Shown here: positions 60,750 to 64,000 of the stretch, one piece after another
Numbering within the stretch: the first letter of the stretch is position 1
Layout: the number at the start of each line of letters is the position of its first letter
Assembly (NCBI GenBank): GCA_035221665.1
Contig: CM069136.1
Coordinates: 52,390,001 to 52,454,000 of the forward strand
Length of the DNA: 64,000 nucleotides
Origin: Okamejei kenojei
Taxonomy: Eukaryota
Reading direction: 5' to 3'
Program-made: the position numbers and the translations under genes
The notes under the pieces: generated by a model
What the model was told of the DNA's origin: nothing
Databases searched by the model: none
Seen by the model: only the letters and a program-made list of their open reading frames with translations

Positions 60750-62008
60750 TTCAGTTTAGTTTATTGTCATGTGTACCGAGGTACAGTGCAAAGCTTTTGT
60801 TGCATGCTAACCACTCAGCGGAAAGACGTTAAATGATTACTATCGATCCATCCACAGTGTACAGATACATGATAAAGGGAATGACGTTTAGCGCAAGATA
60901 AAGTCCAGTAAAGTCCGATTAAAGATAATCCGAGGGTCTCCAAAAAGTTAAATAGTAGCTCAAGACCTTGCTCTAGATGTTGATAGAATGGCACAGTTGC
61001 TTGCTAACAGCTGGGAAGAAACGTTCCCTGAACCGGAGGTGTGCGTTTTCACACTTCTGTACCTCTTGCCAGCATTACGTGCAGGAAGGAATTGCAGATG
61101 CTGGTTTACGCCGAAGATAGACACAAAGTGCAAGAGCAACTCAGCGGCCCAGGCAGGAAAGGAATAGAGTTTGGGTTGAGATCCTTCTTCAGACTCTTCT
61201 TCAGTATTACATAACATTCAACTAACAAACTGATTTTCACCCTCAATGCCCGTGTGTGGTGAATCATGTTCTTTATCAAACTCAAATGAATTTACTCCTT
61301 TGAAGTCAACTCAGGTAAACCATTTTGTGAGCAAATAATTCTCTCTGGTTTTGAAAGCTTGGCAGTAAACACAATAATCCACCAAGTATCTTGTCATATT
61401 TAATTATTGGCTATGTTTGTAGTATGTCACATATTAGCTAAAATCAAAAATGCACTACATAAGTATATTAATTGGCTTATAGCACACACATTTAAAAAGG
61501 CAGCCGCAAACAGCTAAGGATGACCTGAAATGTGGTAGTACCAAGCAGAAGTAGCCCAACCACTGTCATTGCACTGGACAAGTAGACTGATTAAATAACT
61601 AATCCAACACTACAGTGCTAGAGTTGTCGGAAGGAACCTACAGATGCTGATTTATGCCAAAGATAGACACAAAGTGCTGAAGTAATTCAGTGAGTCAGGC
61701 AGCATCTCTGAAGAAAAGTTGTTTTGTGTCGGAAACCTACTTCTTCTTGGAGAATGGAGGCAGGTACAACAAGTGATGAACTGGAATAAGTATGAAGGAG
61801 ACAAAGATGTTTTAGCCACTGGGGGTGCAATTATCACCTAGGCATTAGGAAGAGAGGGAAGAGAGCAAATTTCATTGTTTGGTGACACTTTGTGAAGATA
61901 CCCAACTTATGGCTGGTCGAAGAAAGGTCTTGACCCGAAATGTCACCCATTCCTTCTCTCCAGAGATGCTGCCTGTCCCTCTGAGTTACTCCAGCATTTT
62001 GTGTCTAT
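60750..62008. repeat. Rex1-like 3' fragment (60750-61070 -) and Penelope terminal-repeat units (61080-61195 -, 61627-61750 -, 61915-62008 +)
   Basis: Similarity to other copies in the window. Confidence 0.7.
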
Positions 62009-62429
62009 TATGGATGGCAGAGTTGATTTGAAGACCATGTAACCTGCTGTTCATTTCTTAAGCTCTTCTTTGCTGGAAACGCACAAAGCCATGCACGGTT
62101 TAGACAGGATAAATGCAGGAAAGTAAATTCCATTAGTACATTGTTCAAGGGGCAGTGGACACAGATTTAAAAGCCCGGGTAAAGAAAAGATTAATGTAAT
62201 AAGAGAAGAATTATCTTAACAGCAGATTATAATAATGATTGCACAGAGTTACTGTATGTATGTCGAGCAGGATGAACCATAAACTGATTAAAATAGAAGA
62301 TGAAGGTTTAATCCTAGATATTTGATACTATTTTGACTAATCATGGACTAATACTTTGGTCATATGAAACTAATATTTTATTTATTTTGAGATGATTAAT
62401 TATTCCATTATTGGAATATATCCATCATT

Positions 62430-62476
62430 TCCCCCCCCCCCCCCCCCTCACCCCCCCCCCCCCCCCCCCCCCCCCC
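62430..62476 (+). repeat. Interrupted poly-C tract
   Basis: Two long C runs. Confidence 0.85.
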
Positions 62477-62848
62477 GTATAATGTTTTTCTTTATTGAAT
62501 TTGAAGTTTTTCCTTCAAGGAAAGAACGGAGATAATAACATTTTTTTCCCCAAAAGCTACAGAAGTCTTTAGATGCCTAGCCACATTAGGGTGGCTATCA
62601 CTAACTACACTAACCAGCTGTAGTATTTTTCTTTCTTCCACACTTCACTAATATAATAATCACTTATCTTTTCTATTTTGTAGTATATTATAATCAGTAT
62701 AATCTTTATTTTGAATGGAATTATAATTGTTATTTAAGGAGATATGACCAAGAAGAAAACCTACAAGATCTAAAATTCATCTATCTGAGGTCCAGGTGTA
62801 AGGTATGGTTTAACGTGCTGAATCATCTGCTCCATTATAGACCACCCT

Positions 62849-63165
62849 AATTGGTTCGGCAGGGAACCCTAACTGAAACTTGGACTCAGGATTAGATGAA
62901 AAGTTATATTCTATATTCCTTGATCTTATCTCCAATGATGTATTAATAGTAAATTATTCGATTCTTTATGATTTCTTTTTTTGATTTGGATTTTATTTTT
63001 CTTTGTTTTTCTCTCTTTAGAAAAAAAATTATTAGTCAAAATGATTCACTTGACAATATTAATAATGTATGACTGTTGTACACAAAATATTGCTATCATA
63101 ACATGTGTTTGCTAAGTTACTGCCTACATACACAAATAAAAAAATATATTTAAAAAAAAGAAAAA
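62849..63165 (+). mobile_element. L1 3'UTR fragment with poly(A), same family as 44292-44936
   Basis: GGTTCGGCAGGGAACCCTAACTGAAACTTGGA is identical to 44607-44638. Confidence 0.88.
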
Positions 63166-64000
63166 TGTCAGGGATTCCAAGAAGGAATTGCTGAGAAATA
63201 ATTTGGAGAGCTACAGGGAAAGAGGAGCCAAATGAGGCCAAGCATGTTGCTGCATTAAGGGCCAGCAAAGGCTGTATAGGCCAAAGGGACTCTTTATATG
63301 CCATAACAATTCTTTGATTATATCCTATTATGTTTTGGGTTATCACTTAGTGATATGTCATCTGCAAAATGCCTCTTACCATTCTTCAGAGAAAACAAAC
63401 TGAACACGAGGTACATGTTCTCGCTCTCAAAGTGAATGTGTGTGTGTGTGAGTAAAGTTGATGATTGGCCCTCTATTGATCCTGTCTTTGATGAGCATTG
63501 AGTTTCAAATTTTCCATGTTAAATGATAGTGTGATTGAGGTATTGTGAGGCCAATGTTCCCAGTGAGAAAGGTGAGGAACTGGTGTTGGAATCGCAAATG
63601 GAAGGAACATGAAGGGCATGAATTTAATTAATTGGTGAAAAAAGTACATTATTGGCATTGAGTGCAGAATTTGAGCTGGATTACATTTGAGCTAGAGTAT
63701 ACTTTGAAGGTCTACCTATGAATGTGTTGCTTTATGAGGGAAAAAATATATCTTGGCACTTAAGAAAGATGGCAAAGAAAATGGGAGAATGGCAATTTCT
63801 TCAATTTGCACAGGGGAACATAATCTGCAAAGTTTCTTGTTGTTCTAGTGCCCTCTGAGTTTAAATGGTATCTGAACAGCCAATTGCTGAACGAGTCTAA
63901 CAAGAAGAAATCAAGGACCAAGGGATATGTGGAGAAAGCAGGAATGGGGTACTCATTTTTGATGATCAGCATTGATCATATTGAATGGTGCTGGCTCAAA

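Overview
Eukaryotic, repeat-dense vertebrate DNA, most likely from a cartilaginous fish (skate/ray-type repeat landscape; taxon is inferred). No intact host gene, tRNA, rRNA or CRISPR array is visible. The window is a nest of mobile elements: L1, CR1, L2, Rex1-like and Crack-like LINEs; tRNA-derived V-SINE/HE1-type SINEs; Penelope-like (GIY-YIG) elements; two DIRS tyrosine-recombinase retrotransposons; a non-autonomous Helitron; and hAT-, MULE- and TA-flanked DNA elements. It also contains one 500-N gap with error-rich flanks. Main observations: (1) about 20 Penelope terminal-repeat units carry a hammerhead-ribozyme-like core, and several are head-to-head inverted dimers flanked by their own 12-16 bp target-site duplications (TSDs); (2) a 5'-inverted (twin-primed) L1 has a 15-bp TSD; (3) an 8.4-kb hAT-like element holds exon-like cargo; (4) remnants of an unidentified multi-exon minus-strand host gene (about 18.8-50 kb) have reading frames that resume across TE insertions. 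All alignments and translations were done by eye, and fragment boundaries are approximate unless a TSD or TIR is quoted.
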